Positions 19,115 to 28,335 of a stretch of 64,000 nucleotides of DNA are shown here, in pieces. The position numbers were made by a program, and so were the translations under genes. Source of the stretch: Bacillota bacterium (GTDB taxonomy: Bacteria; Bacillota; Bacilli; Paenibacillales; UBA4045); contig JAEZQY010000029.1 of the NCBI GenBank assembly GCA_023441055.1, positions 207,328 through 271,327 on the forward strand. The letters are read 5' to 3'. The notes beneath the pieces are model-generated. The model was not told the DNA's origin and made no database searches. It worked only from the letters and a program-made list of their open reading frames with translations. Within the stretch, counting starts at the first letter, position 1; the number at the start of each line of letters is the position of its first letter.

Positions 19115-20056
19115 TCAGATGTTGAGGAGTGTCTTTAATTCCTGCAGCTTCGAGCGGGATAGCGGAACAACGGCATCCTTGCCTGTACTTAATCGCAAGC
19201 TGTAGCTATTCTTCGTCCAGGTGATGATCTCTCTGACCTTCTGTAGATTAACGATGTAGGAACGATGGCATCTGAAGAATCCGTAATGCTGCAAGCGCTC
19301 CTCGAGCTCGGTCAGCGTCATTGCGCAGTCATAGTTCTCTCCGCCGACATGTACGACGATCGAGCCTTCTATACTTTCTATATAATCAATTTCCGGCGGG
19401 TTAAATACGATCACTTTATCATTTTTCTTCGCAGCAATTTTCTGAATAGTAATGGTCGCTTGGTCCTGCCCTTGTCCCTGCTCTTCCTGCTTCTGATCTT
19501 CCGTGTCCCGGATATCCAGCTGAAGAAGACCGGATTCTCCTAGCCGATAAATCTCATTGCAAGATATCAGGGCATCCTCTAGGTTTGATGTTAAAATCAA
19601 CACCTTCTTCTCTCTCGATAGATCATCTAGAATTCGCTTGAAGTTTCGACGATCCTGTTCCTCCAGATAGAAGTACGGCTCCTCCAGCACAATTGTTGGC
19701 TGATGCGCGAAGTAGACACGCAGCAGCGTCACATACATACGCTTCGAGGCGCTTAAATTTCTCAGTTTCACCTTGCGCTCCTCTTGCAAGGAGAAGTAGA
19801 CAAGCAGCGCATCGACGCTCTCCCCTCTTCCGCTGACATCAACAAGAAATTTCACGAGCTCTGCCACTGTCAGTCGCACATACTCGCCTTGATTAGCCTG
19901 GAATAGATACGCGCTCCGCAGATCCGCTAATTGGTCTATGAGAAGCTGCTTACGCTGCACATCGGTAAGGATGCCAATCGGCAGATTGTTCTGTGTATTC
20001 AGTTCAATTTCCGGCAGCAGCAAGCTGCCATTATGATAGATAGGTTGAAACTTCAT
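19115..20056 (-). CDS. LytTR DNA-binding regulator fused to a degenerate (P-loop-less) ABC-ATPase-like N-terminal domain
   Basis: C-terminus ...GFFRCHRSYIVNLQKVREI...VPLSRSKLQELK is a LytTR domain. The N-terminal ~200 aa align with the neighbouring NBD, but Walker A is GILTDVQRKQ, the signature is LSASK, Walker B is IVLEEP and the H-loop is TSN. SD GGAGG before the ATG at 20056. Confidence 0.75.
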   Translation of the reverse strand: MKFQPIYHNGSLLLPEIELNTQNNLPIGILTDVQRKQLLIDQLADLRSAYLFQANQGEYVRLTVAELVKFLVDVSGRGESVDALLVYFSLQEERKVKLRNLSASKRMYVTLLRVYFAHQPTIVLEEPYFYLEEQDRRNFKRILDDLSREKKVLILTSNLEDALISCNEIYRLGESGLLQLDIRDTEDQKQEEQGQGQDQATITIQKIAAKKNDKVIVFNPPEIDYIESIEGSIVVHVGGENYDCAMTLTELEERLQHYGFFRCHRSYIVNLQKVREIITWTKNSYSLRLSTGKDAVVPLSRSKLQELKTLLNI

Positions 20057-20209
20057 AAGGTCCTCCAGAAAAAAAGCGTTGATTATACCCCTTGAACTGG
20101 GCAGCTGCCATCCTTCCATTACATGCGAAGGGACTCTGATTCGAACAAGCGGCTATCTCTTATTTTGTACGTCCGCTTATCTTTTGGCAAGGGAATCTTA
20201 CAAGCATCC

Positions 20210-20238
20210 TTGCTTTTGTAGACCGATCGGTTTACACT
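20210..20238 (+). promoter_or_regulatory. candidate promoter TTGCTT-N17-TACACT with embedded 16-bp palindrome (likely TetR operator)
   Basis: TAGACCGATCGGTTTA (20219-20234, one mismatch from perfect) fills the spacer upstream of the DUF1348-tetR operon. Confidence 0.4.
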
Positions 20239-20270
20239 AAACCATATCGTATAGAATTGGAGTGATTGAA

Positions 20271-20732
20271 ATGAAAGCACTCGCACCTCCATTTACCCGG
20301 GAGACCGCTATTCAGAAAGTGCGGATGGCTGAGGATAGCTGGAACAGCCGTGACCCTCATCGCGTATCGCTTGTCTACACAGAGGACAGCCGCTGGCGGA
20401 ACCGAACCGAATTTCCAGTTGGACGAGACGAAATTGTGGATCTTCTTACAAGGAAGTGGGCTAAGGAGCTGGACTACCGGCTAATCAAGGAGCTATGGTC
20501 ATTCACCGACAATCGCATTGCAGTGCGCTTCGCATATGAATGGCATGATGACAGCGGGAATTGGTTCCGCTCCTATGGGAATGAGAATTGGGAGTTTGCC
20601 GCCGACGGCTTAATGAAGCAGCGTTATGCATCGATTAATGATATGCCCATTCAGGAATCGGAACGCCTATTCCATTGGACGCTCGGTCAACGTCCAGATG
20701 ACCATCCCAGTCTTAGCGACCTTGGCTTATGA
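20271..20732 (+). CDS. DUF1348-family (NTF2-fold) protein
   Basis: ...[48 protein letters not shown]...[10 protein letters not shown].... ATG at 20271 follows a GGAGTG SD. Confidence 0.65.
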   Translation: MKALAPPFTRETAIQKVRMAEDSWNSRDPHRVSLVYTEDSRWRNRTEFPVGRDEIVDLLTRKWAKELDYRLIKELWSFTDNRIAVRFAYEWHDDSGNWFRSYGNENWEFAADGLMKQRYASINDMPIQESERLFHWTLGQRPDDHPSLSDLGL

Positions 20733-21304
20733 CCCGTACCGTCTTAGAGAAAGCCGACGTCATTCCGAGGGTGGCTGAAGTATTCCGCGAGCTTGGTTAC
20801 GAAGGTGCATCCATGACCAAAATTACATCCCGCACTGGCATTTCTAAAGGCAGCTTGTACTACTTCTTCCCCGGAGGGAAGGACGAGATGGCAGCGGAGA
20901 TCCTATCGCATATCGATACATGGTTTGTCGAGCATATCTTCAAGCCGCTTGAACGCGATGAACCCCAGGCCGCCATTCAGAGGATGTGGCGTGAGGTGGA
21001 TGTATATTTTCATTCGGGGCAGCGAATATGTCTTGTAGGGGCTTTTGCTCTCGACGAAACGCGAGATCGGTTCGCCGTAACTATACACCATTATTTCAAT
21101 AGGTGGATCGATGCTTTACAGGCTGCTTTGGTTCGCGCAGGGGCTTCAGCGGATACAGCCGCTTCGCTGGCAGAAGAAGTGATTGGAGGGATTCAGGGTG
21201 GGCTGATCCTTGCCCGAGCGCTTAATGATGAACGGCTTTTCAAGCGGACGCTCTCACGTCTAACTGATCAGATATCTGCGGTTATGGAATTCGAACCGGA
21301 TTGA
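20729..21304 (+). CDS. TetR/AcrR family transcriptional regulator
   Basis: HTH ...[32 protein letters not shown].... ATGA overlap with the upstream gene. Confidence 0.85.
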   Translation: MTRTVLEKADVIPRVAEVFRELGYEGASMTKITSRTGISKGSLYYFFPGGKDEMAAEILSHIDTWFVEHIFKPLERDEPQAAIQRMWREVDVYFHSGQRICLVGAFALDETRDRFAVTIHHYFNRWIDALQAALVRAGASADTAASLAEEVIGGIQGGLILARALNDERLFKRTLSRLTDQISAVMEFEPD

Positions 21305-21320
21305 TGATCAATCCGGTTCG
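21292..21320. terminator. hairpin spanning the tetR stop, between convergent genes
   Basis: cgaaccggatt-gatgatc-aatccggttcg. No clear T-tract. Confidence 0.45.
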
Positions 21321-21336
21321 GAATAAATCGGTATAG

Positions 21337-21750
21337 TTAAACCCGCTCAGATGGTGCCACCTTAACACCCTGTTCTGCGAACACTTTCTGCGCGACCTTC
21401 AGTGCATTCAGCACACTCGGAAATCCGGTATAAGGGATGAGATGCATCATGCAGCCAACAATCTCTTCTGGTTGCAGGCCGACACTAAGTCCAGTTTTGA
21501 TATGCATCTCAATCTGCGGTTTACCTTGCGCGACGAGCGCAGTAATCGTAGTAAGAACCTTCTGCTTATTATCCAATCCGGGGCGTGAATAGATGTCACC
21601 GAATGCGAATTCAACAACGTATCGGGTTAAATCAGGCGCAATATCTTGAAGGCCTTCCCCAATGTCCATGAAGCCCGTTGGGTTGTCATCACTCGATGAT
21701 GTGAGCTCCTTTATCTTCTCTATCCCTTGCTGATAACGATCCTTAGCCAT
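21337..21750 (-). CDS. carboxymuconolactone decarboxylase (CMD/AhpD-like) family protein
   Basis: ...FAFGDIYSRPGLDNKQKVLTTITALVAQG...HIKTGLSVGLQPEEIVGCMMHLIPYTGFPSVLNAL... Confidence 0.75.
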   Translation of the reverse strand: MAKDRYQQGIEKIKELTSSSDDNPTGFMDIGEGLQDIAPDLTRYVVEFAFGDIYSRPGLDNKQKVLTTITALVAQGKPQIEMHIKTGLSVGLQPEEIVGCMMHLIPYTGFPSVLNALKVAQKVFAEQGVKVAPSERV

Positions 21751-21798
21751 TCCAGCGTCCTCCTTGGATTAAATTCTCTATGTGCTTGCATGTACTAG

Positions 21799-22284
21799 TT
21801 AATTTCTACTTGCGTGCAACCTTTGATGCAGCTGATGCACTTGTTGCGCGAACTCAGGAACGGGACCCTCTACTTCGGTATCACGAATAACCTCTTGTAT
21901 CGGCAAATTCCGAACGCGCGACGGCGCAACCCCCATCTCACTTAACCATCGGACTAACTGCTCTGACGAACTCGCATAGACGATCCTCCCTAACCCTACC
22001 CAACCGTGGGCAGCAGCGCACATCGGGCAATGCTCTCCAGACGTATATACAGTCGCCTGGCTTCTCTCTTCAGGTGTCATGTGATTAGCTGCCCATCGCG
22101 CAATAGCGAATTCCGGATGCTGGGTATGGTCACCGCCTGCCACATGGTTATGGTCTTCGAACAGCACCTCTCCATCGGCTGAAACCAGTACAGAGCCGAA
22201 TGGCTCGTCACCTTTTTCAAGCGCGGCTTCTGCTAATTCAACACAACGGCGCAAGTGCTTCAAATCGGCATCACTTATCATCAT
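21799..22284 (-). CDS. CMP/dCMP-type zinc deaminase (nucleoside/guanine/tRNA-adenosine deaminase-like)
   Basis: HPE...(zinc His/Glu) and CPMCAAA motifs. SD GAGGAG before the ATG at 22284. Confidence 0.7.
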   Translation of the reverse strand: MMISDADLKHLRRCVELAEAALEKGDEPFGSVLVSADGEVLFEDHNHVAGGDHTQHPEFAIARWAANHMTPEERSQATVYTSGEHCPMCAAAHGWVGLGRIVYASSSEQLVRWLSEMGVAPSRVRNLPIQEVIRDTEVEGPVPEFAQQVHQLHQRLHASRN

Positions 22285-22427
22285 TTCACACTCCTCATAT
22301 ACGTTATTGTACCAACGACACTTCCTCATATAGTTCTACCATATCGCAATCACCGCCGAAGTCAAATCTCATGTAAAATAAGACTTACATAATGACATTG
22401 CCTGCTCCTACCCTTTCCCCTAACCAT

Positions 22428-22459
22428 AAAGAGACAATACCTAAGCGGATTGTCTCTTT
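22428..22459 (-). terminator. hairpin terminator after the PIN gene
   Basis: aaagagacaat-acctaagcgg-attgtctcttt with TTTAT at the 3' side. Confidence 0.55.
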
Positions 22460-22475
22460 ATGTAACATGCTCTAT

Positions 22476-22946
22476 TCATTCTTGTGTTAAATTTATAATG
22501 ACCTCTTTAGGAGTATAATAATCGCAATTTGTAATTACTTTAAATCCCTTGTCCCAGGTTAGCACAGGAATCCCTTGTTCCTTACTTATAACACTTAGTT
22601 TTATATCAATCAAATCCAGCTTAAGAGTCGGATACAACTTCAGAGTTTCACGTATTGTTGCACTTGCCTCAACACCGTCTGCTTCAATAAGAACTGTGAT
22701 CATCTTCGCAATTCTCTCACGAGGTACTTTATACATCTTTTCCATTACAAATACCATTTCTTCAACGACGGCATCAGAAAAGACAAGTATGATCTTACCT
22801 TCATTTATAAGTCGAACAAGCTGTTTTGTATAGGTGACCATACTTGTAATCATTTCCTCTTGCGCATCACTAACCGCTGCCGCAATATCTTGATCGCCAA
22901 CTAGAATTCTTAACCCTATGTTGGCATCTGCTGTGAACTTTCGCAT
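22476..22946 (-). CDS. PIN-domain (VapC-like) toxin
   Basis: N-terminal acidic motif (..TADANIGL..) and C-terminal ...LDLIDIKLSVISKEQGIPVLTWDKGF.... Lies 17 nt downstream of an AbrB-type antitoxin gene. Confidence 0.6.
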   Translation of the reverse strand: MRKFTADANIGLRILVGDQDIAAAVSDAQEEMITSMVTYTKQLVRLINEGKIILVFSDAVVEEMVFVMEKMYKVPRERIAKMITVLIEADGVEASATIRETLKLYPTLKLDLIDIKLSVISKEQGIPVLTWDKGFKVITNCDYYTPKEVIINLTQE

Positions 22947-22963
22947 AAAAATTTCTCCCCCTA

Positions 22964-23239
22964 TTATGTCTGACGGGCCAAGTCATCAGCAATCATCTCC
23001 TCACGGTATTGATCTCTGACTTCTCTTACGTCTATCAACGGTTGATCGAGATCATCCCAGATCCCAAACGCATCTAATATTGATTTTCTTTTAATGCCAC
23101 GAACAATTACTTCATCACCAATATATTCAAACTCTAACCTATCGCCCTCTCCAATACCGAGTATATTTCTAAGTTTAATAGGTATCGCAACAACTCCCTT
23201 AGCCGACAACTTTCCAGTCTCTACTTTGTAATTTTCCAT
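22964..23239 (-). CDS. AbrB/MazE/SpoVT-family antitoxin
   Basis: SpoVT-AbrB swapped-hairpin motif ...KGVVAIPIKLRNILGIGEGDRLEFEYIGDEVIV... Confidence 0.7.
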   Translation of the reverse strand: MENYKVETGKLSAKGVVAIPIKLRNILGIGEGDRLEFEYIGDEVIVRGIKRKSILDAFGIWDDLDQPLIDVREVRDQYREEMIADDLARQT

Positions 23240-23731
23240 GTTTTAATATGTCCCCTTAAGCTCGACCAACCTTAGAGGTACCATATAAAGTATTTGATTT
23301 TCAATTATGGTTTTTTGGTCTCGCATCAATTTGTTTTAGTAAGTAATGTTTACTTATTTCATTTTGTTGTTTTTTTGGTTTACGAGGTTTTTATACTTTC
23401 CAATCTGTATCTGTAGTCAATACATAAGGTGTTCTGAAATTTCTTTTTTTATACTATATCATCGTCTATACAAGTACTTCATACCAATCAACTCCTTCAT
23501 TTCGTAACAGGTCCTCTATCTACATATTATCACACACCCACATATAAGTCAAACCTTTCAGTTAGTTTAACTAATAATTGAGTGTCTAAGTGGGCAAGTA
23601 ATTAGCTTATACTCCAACCCTGACTCCACCCCGCGTATTAACTGAATTCACGATCCATCCATCGTCTTTATCTTGTGCAGCAATATACAGATGAATCTCC
23701 GTATCCCCAGGTTTCTTGTCTACCCGCGAAG

Positions 23732-23761
23732 AGCCCCGCTCTCCTATTCGGGAGCGGGGCT
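23732..23761 (-). terminator. GC-rich hairpin after the PL11 gene
   Basis: agccccgctc-tcctattcgg-gagcggggct, 24 nt past the stop. No T-tract. Confidence 0.45.
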
Positions 23762-23784
23762 TCGATTGATCACGGCAGGTTCTC

Positions 23785-26700
23785 TTATTCAGCTTGCCAC
23801 TGCTGAAGCAGCAGACTCGCCTGGTAGAACAAGTGTTGTCTTGCTAACGGAGAGAGCGTATCCTTCTTCGTCAGATGGTCAAGCTCACCCAAGAATTTAG
23901 TAATGAAATGAATCGCTTGCTTCGTTGATCCCTTCTCATCATGATGCTTGGCTTGCTTCAGGGCATTCTTCAATCGGTTAACAATCGAACCCGCCACATC
24001 GCCTGATTGGATATAGTCGTTCAACAAATTCTCCAGCACGGACAGGTCGCCCTGCTCGCCATCTACTGTATAGTATGCGTTTGGCACAGGTAGCTGCCTA
24101 TTCTGCACGTCATTACGGATGTCCTCACCTAGATAGAAGCCCAAGTGCGCTGGCTGGTTATACATCGCGTTCTGCGCGTTCACCGCCATCCGGTATAGCG
24201 GATCATGCATCAGTGTATAGATGACATGGTCCGTCGGAATATCGGTTGTATAGATTCTTAATGCGTTATTGTCGCTAGTACGAACAAGTACCTCGTCACG
24301 CCAGTCTCCGAGAATATCTGCGATCAGACTTGGATTCGCCTTCGTTCCATTGTTGGAGTAGGTTCCGGTCAATGCCTGAAGGGTCACCAGCTCGCTATGT
24401 CCAGTTGCGTTATCATAGATCAGCTTCGTGATGGATGGCGGTTGTGTAGCATTCAGATTATCTGGCCCATCGAAGAACTCGCTAAGCAGGTCACCGTCCC
24501 AATACAGGATGAAGTTAACAGGAGCCTTATTCGCCACTCCAATGTCCCCGACTTCGGTTGTAATCAGCTTGCCGCTCGCCATGTTATACATAGGTGTCCC
24601 TGACGCCCAAACCTCGAAGCCTGGCATCGCTGTTACATTCGCCGCAACACCGCGCCCAACATCACCTAGGTTTGCCGAATATGTCCACACAGGCTCCCCT
24701 GTAGAACCGCGAACCAAGCTTACGTTGTTCGGAGGCCCCGATTCATGCGGCTGGAACACATAGATCTCATTGCTGTCAGGCACCATTGCCGCTACATGCA
24801 GCGCATCGCCGTGGCCCCCAGCTACTGTACCTCTTGTTCCATTGGTGCTCCACACGATCGTGCCATCGTGGTCCAGTGTGATGCCACCAAGCACAACCTC
24901 CTGATACCCGTCAAAATCCAGATCGGCCACCTGCAGGTTATGATTGCCCTGATTATTGCCAGCGTTCCAATCCGCTAGCTTAAAGCTCCAAATCTCCACA
25001 ATTTCACCGTCGATGAACTGATAAGCTGCCACAAAGTGTGGACCATAGTGCCCGCGCACCTCAATAACTGTGGGATATGGCTCCGCGCCGGGCAGGCCAT
25101 TCTTCGGCATATAGGCCACCGCGCCATTGAAGCGGTCGCTGCGGTTATTGTTGTTATCACCCCAGTTGGGACTGATCGCATACGGTGCGAAGTAATCAAC
25201 GGTATCGACCGGCTGGCCAGTTCCACCATGGAATACTGTGAATGTTTCAGGTCCCGACGCCACTCTGCCAAGTGCCGTGTTATTGACCTGATTATCCATT
25301 GCCGGGTTCGCAAGTCCGCCTACCCATACCGCCGACGGATCACCCAATACCCATGCTGGTGTATCCGTGCGATCATCAATTGTGCCATCCGCTTTAGGCA
25401 GATATCCCCGGGTACCGTCGGCTGTCTTAATCGCCAGCTCAGCTATTCCATCCTGATCCAGATCATAGAAGTTAAATGCGCTGTGATGCGCACTGGACAC
25501 GATATTGATACCTAGGTTAATTCTCCAGAGCAGCTTGCCCTCAAGAGTATATAAGTCGAATATCGTCTCGCCGGTGTGTCGGTTGGCTAGGCCTGGGTCC
25601 TGCGCCTGAGACGGATACCATTTCACGAGAATCTCATACTGTCCATCGCCGTTAACATCCGCAACAGAGACATCATTAGCCGTGTAGGTAATCGGATCCG
25701 CATTGGATGTCGCGCCGTAAGCAAGCGCTGGGTTTGGCCGATCCGCTGGCCGCTGCAAGGGGATGTCCATATAATTATGGACCCATGTCTCCGCAGGCTT
25801 GCTAATTGCACCGGTGTTTACGGTCTCCACCACATAGCTGTCTCCTGCATGACCATCTGCATCCATATAATTAAGCGTTGTAATCGGAGATCCGTTGACC
25901 TTAACGCCATTTCTGTACACATTGAATGTTGCACCCATGTTGTATTCCGAAGCGAGCAGACGCCAAGTTACGAGTATGCCTTCCCCGCTGTTCTCAGGAA
26001 CGGCCACTACTCCTCTATCCAGCCATTCCATGGAGTATGGCAAGGAAGTGATCTTGTCCCGATGGCGGTTCTCAATGTGAAGCTTCGCCTTAAGCCCCAT
26101 TCTCTCGACTGCTACATCCGGGACACTGATCAGCGTCCCCTCGTAGGAGAACACACCCTGTTCATCCGGGTCATAGACCAATTCCGCTGGTATCTTGGAC
26201 CAAGGAACCTCTGTTAGCTCCCAGGTTACGCCTACCGATTCGGTACTGCCGCCTGCCACCTTAACGTTAACAGCTGTCGGCAGGTTAAGCCCTGACTCAT
26301 CGGCTACGTCTCCAATGTATACGGTCTTAAACCAGCTCTGCCACGAATTGCTGTCGGCCGCTCCTGGACGCTCCGGCAAGAAGTCATAGGGCAGCACTTC
26401 TGTTATCGTATCCTCTGATAGAGGCTTGGTGAAGAAATAGAGGTTATCTATACCATTATCCACAACATTGATATTCTGTGTGGCCGCGCGCTCGCCAGTA
26501 AGCACGAATGAACTGATTTGACTTCCCTCGAAGGGGAGCGACACCACCGATGGAGCCTCCGTAACGTCATCTCTCGGAACAAGGGAAACCGTCGCCATCA
26601 TCGTATCAAAATCAAACACAATGCCTACGGTATACCAGCTATCAACCTCCGTGTAATCAAAAGCATGATACCGTTCACCGCTCCAGAAGTTAGCGGGATT

Positions 26701-28218
26701 CGTGCCCGTCGGGCCCGGTAAATTCCCCGCGAACGCGCCTATCGTCCTTACGCCATTATAGGTGCCTGTTCTTAAACTTAACAGAACATTGGTCCCATCC
26801 TGGAAGCTTAGATTAAACGTATTCTGAGGGGTGGCAACTGCTGGAACCTTCCAGTCAAGATTCGCATATACCTTACTGCCGGAGACGGCATAAGGTAAAT
26901 CCCCTTTACCGCCGCGGTTACCCGAGCCGGACGCGTCAAATCTGAAGTAATAATTGGCTAGAGGCGCATCTTCCCTGGCAAGCGTATGGTAAGTGCCGCC
27001 GGCGAATATCCATAGCGGGCTGGCAGCATCTCCAGCGAAGTTGCTGCCGAACTCCAGCGTGTACCCTTCCGCTATCAGGGCGGAGAAGTCTGGGGTAGGT
27101 TCAGCTGTCGACGGAATATAGTGGACATGGATCGGTACGCTATCCGTGATGGCGTCATCCATATTGGATACAGCTGTAAGAATCGCATCCCCCTCGCCAA
27201 TCGCGGTAACCGTTACACTGTTATCCTCATTGACAACGATGGCTGCAATTTCTTCGTCACTGATCGACCACGTGAACGTCCTGTCGGTTGCATTAACCGG
27301 CATGACAACCGCGCTGAACGAGGCTGAATGCTTATCGGCCAGCGAACCTTCTCCATATTCCAAACTCGCGGAGGTCGGAGATATCGTTAGTTCGCTTGGG
27401 TTTATGATCGGTTCCTCTAAGCCGGACGAAGCAGCCTTGAATTGGATATTATCAACGCGCATCCCATAGGTGTTCTCATCCCATTCGATGCCCTCTACGG
27501 CATTAAATCTTGCCCAGTTCTGTCCGCTTGCCCTGCTCGCGCCTATCTGCATACTGGTCAAACTATCTGAGCCTATTGCGATTGGCTGCGGCGTGGTGTA
27601 TGTCCTCGCATCGCCATCAGTCATACTGATTGACGCCTCTTGTAACCGAAGATCAACATTCATCGTTACCGAAAGCTTCGTCAGGCGCGGTACTCCTGTT
27701 AGTGCCGTAGTGGCGCTTCCAACCGCTGGAGCATTATTAGCGGCCATGTTTCCTGTGTAATAAGATAAGGTCGCCGGCGAGTTTGCATTCGTACCACCTC
27801 CGGCGCTTCGGAGCGTTAGTACTTGATCATCGCCGCTGTTTAGCCGGACATCCAGTGAGTTAGCGCTAGGTCGGGTAATGTCCACCCACCAGTCGAAGGT
27901 TACTTCAACAAGATCGTTACCGGTTAGGTCATAATCGCCGCTATCAAGGGGCAGCGTCCACCAATAACTAGCCCCGCCGCTTGATGGAGGCTGTACACGA
28001 AGCACATTGGAGTCCATATTCTCCACCGTAATTGAACCAGGACCACTTGCTTCCGGAGCCCCGACCACTGTCCCTGCTAACTCTCCATCCTCAAATTGCA
28101 ATATGCTGCCCACTTGGATGAAATCAGGTGATGCACCCGATACCCATGCAGGCATAAGCATAATCACCAGTGAGAATGAGAGAAGTATAGCTGTATACCT
28201 CCTAAACCTTCCTTTCAT
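23785..28218 (-). CDS. multidomain secreted rhamnogalacturonan lyase (PL11, YesW-like) with long N-terminal extension, Big_2 domain and C-terminal helical (FIMAH-like) tail
   Basis: The core matches YesW-type beta-propeller sequence (...TANDVSVADVNGDGQYEILVKWYPS...WRINLGINIVSSAHHSAFNFYDLDQDGIAELAIKTADGT...). Big_2-like TFTWSISDEEIAAIVVNEDNSVTVTAIGEGDAIL. SD GGAG before the ATG at 28218, then a signal peptide. Confidence 0.8.
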   Translation of the reverse strand: MKGRFRRYTAILLSFSLVIMLMPAWVSGASPDFIQVGSILQFEDGELAGTVVGAPEASGPGSITVENMDSNVLRVQPPSSGGASYWWTLPLDSGDYDLTGNDLVEVTFDWWVDITRPSANSLDVRLNSGDDQVLTLRSAGGGTNANSPATLSYYTGNMAANNAPAVGSATTALTGVPRLTKLSVTMNVDLRLQEASISMTDGDARTYTTPQPIAIGSDSLTSMQIGASRASGQNWARFNAVEGIEWDENTYGMRVDNIQFKAASSGLEEPIINPSELTISPTSASLEYGEGSLADKHSASFSAVVMPVNATDRTFTWSISDEEIAAIVVNEDNSVTVTAIGEGDAILTAVSNMDDAITDSVPIHVHYIPSTAEPTPDFSALIAEGYTLEFGSNFAGDAASPLWIFAGGTYHTLAREDAPLANYYFRFDASGSGNRGGKGDLPYAVSGSKVYANLDWKVPAVATPQNTFNLSFQDGTNVLLSLRTGTYNGVRTIGAFAGNLPGPTGTNPANFWSGERYHAFDYTEVDSWYTVGIVFDFDTMMATVSLVPRDDVTEAPSVVSLPFEGSQISSFVLTGERAATQNINVVDNGIDNLYFFTKPLSEDTITEVLPYDFLPERPGAADSNSWQSWFKTVYIGDVADESGLNLPTAVNVKVAGGSTESVGVTWELTEVPWSKIPAELVYDPDEQGVFSYEGTLISVPDVAVERMGLKAKLHIENRHRDKITSLPYSMEWLDRGVVAVPENSGEGILVTWRLLASEYNMGATFNVYRNGVKVNGSPITTLNYMDADGHAGDSYVVETVNTGAISKPAETWVHNYMDIPLQRPADRPNPALAYGATSNADPITYTANDVSVADVNGDGQYEILVKWYPSQAQDPGLANRHTGETIFDLYTLEGKLLWRINLGINIVSSAHHSAFNFYDLDQDGIAELAIKTADGTRGYLPKADGTIDDRTDTPAWVLGDPSAVWVGGLANPAMDNQVNNTALGRVASGPETFTVFHGGTGQPVDTVDYFAPYAISPNWGDNNNNRSDRFNGAVAYMPKNGLPGAEPYPTVIEVRGHYGPHFVAAYQFIDGEIVEIWSFKLADWNAGNNQGNHNLQVADLDFDGYQEVVLGGITLDHDGTIVWSTNGTRGTVAGGHGDALHVAAMVPDSNEIYVFQPHESGPPNNVSLVRGSTGEPVWTYSANLGDVGRGVAANVTAMPGFEVWASGTPMYNMASGKLITTEVGDIGVANKAPVNFILYWDGDLLSEFFDGPDNLNATQPPSITKLIYDNATGHSELVTLQALTGTYSNNGTKANPSLIADILGDWRDEVLVRTSDNNALRIYTTDIPTDHVIYTLMHDPLYRMAVNAQNAMYNQPAHLGFYLGEDIRNDVQNRQLPVPNAYYTVDGEQGDLSVLENLLNDYIQSGDVAGSIVNRLKNALKQAKHHDEKGSTKQAIHFITKFLGELDHLTKKDTLSPLARQHLFYQASLLLQQWQAE

Positions 28219-28335
28219 ACGCTTCACTCCTCGTTTTAATAGATTTAGTGCTTGATACAAATTGTATCAATACGGAGTGTCGCAATTGAACTCAAAAATC
28301 AGTGAATCCCTATCAATAATCAGACATAGACCGAT

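Noticed and set aside
24397-28255. About a dozen 60-160-aa plus-strand ORFs inside the PL11 lyase gene
   Set aside because: All are antisense to a 1477-aa ORF with strong PL11 similarity. Shadow ORFs like these are typical of GC-balanced coding DNA.
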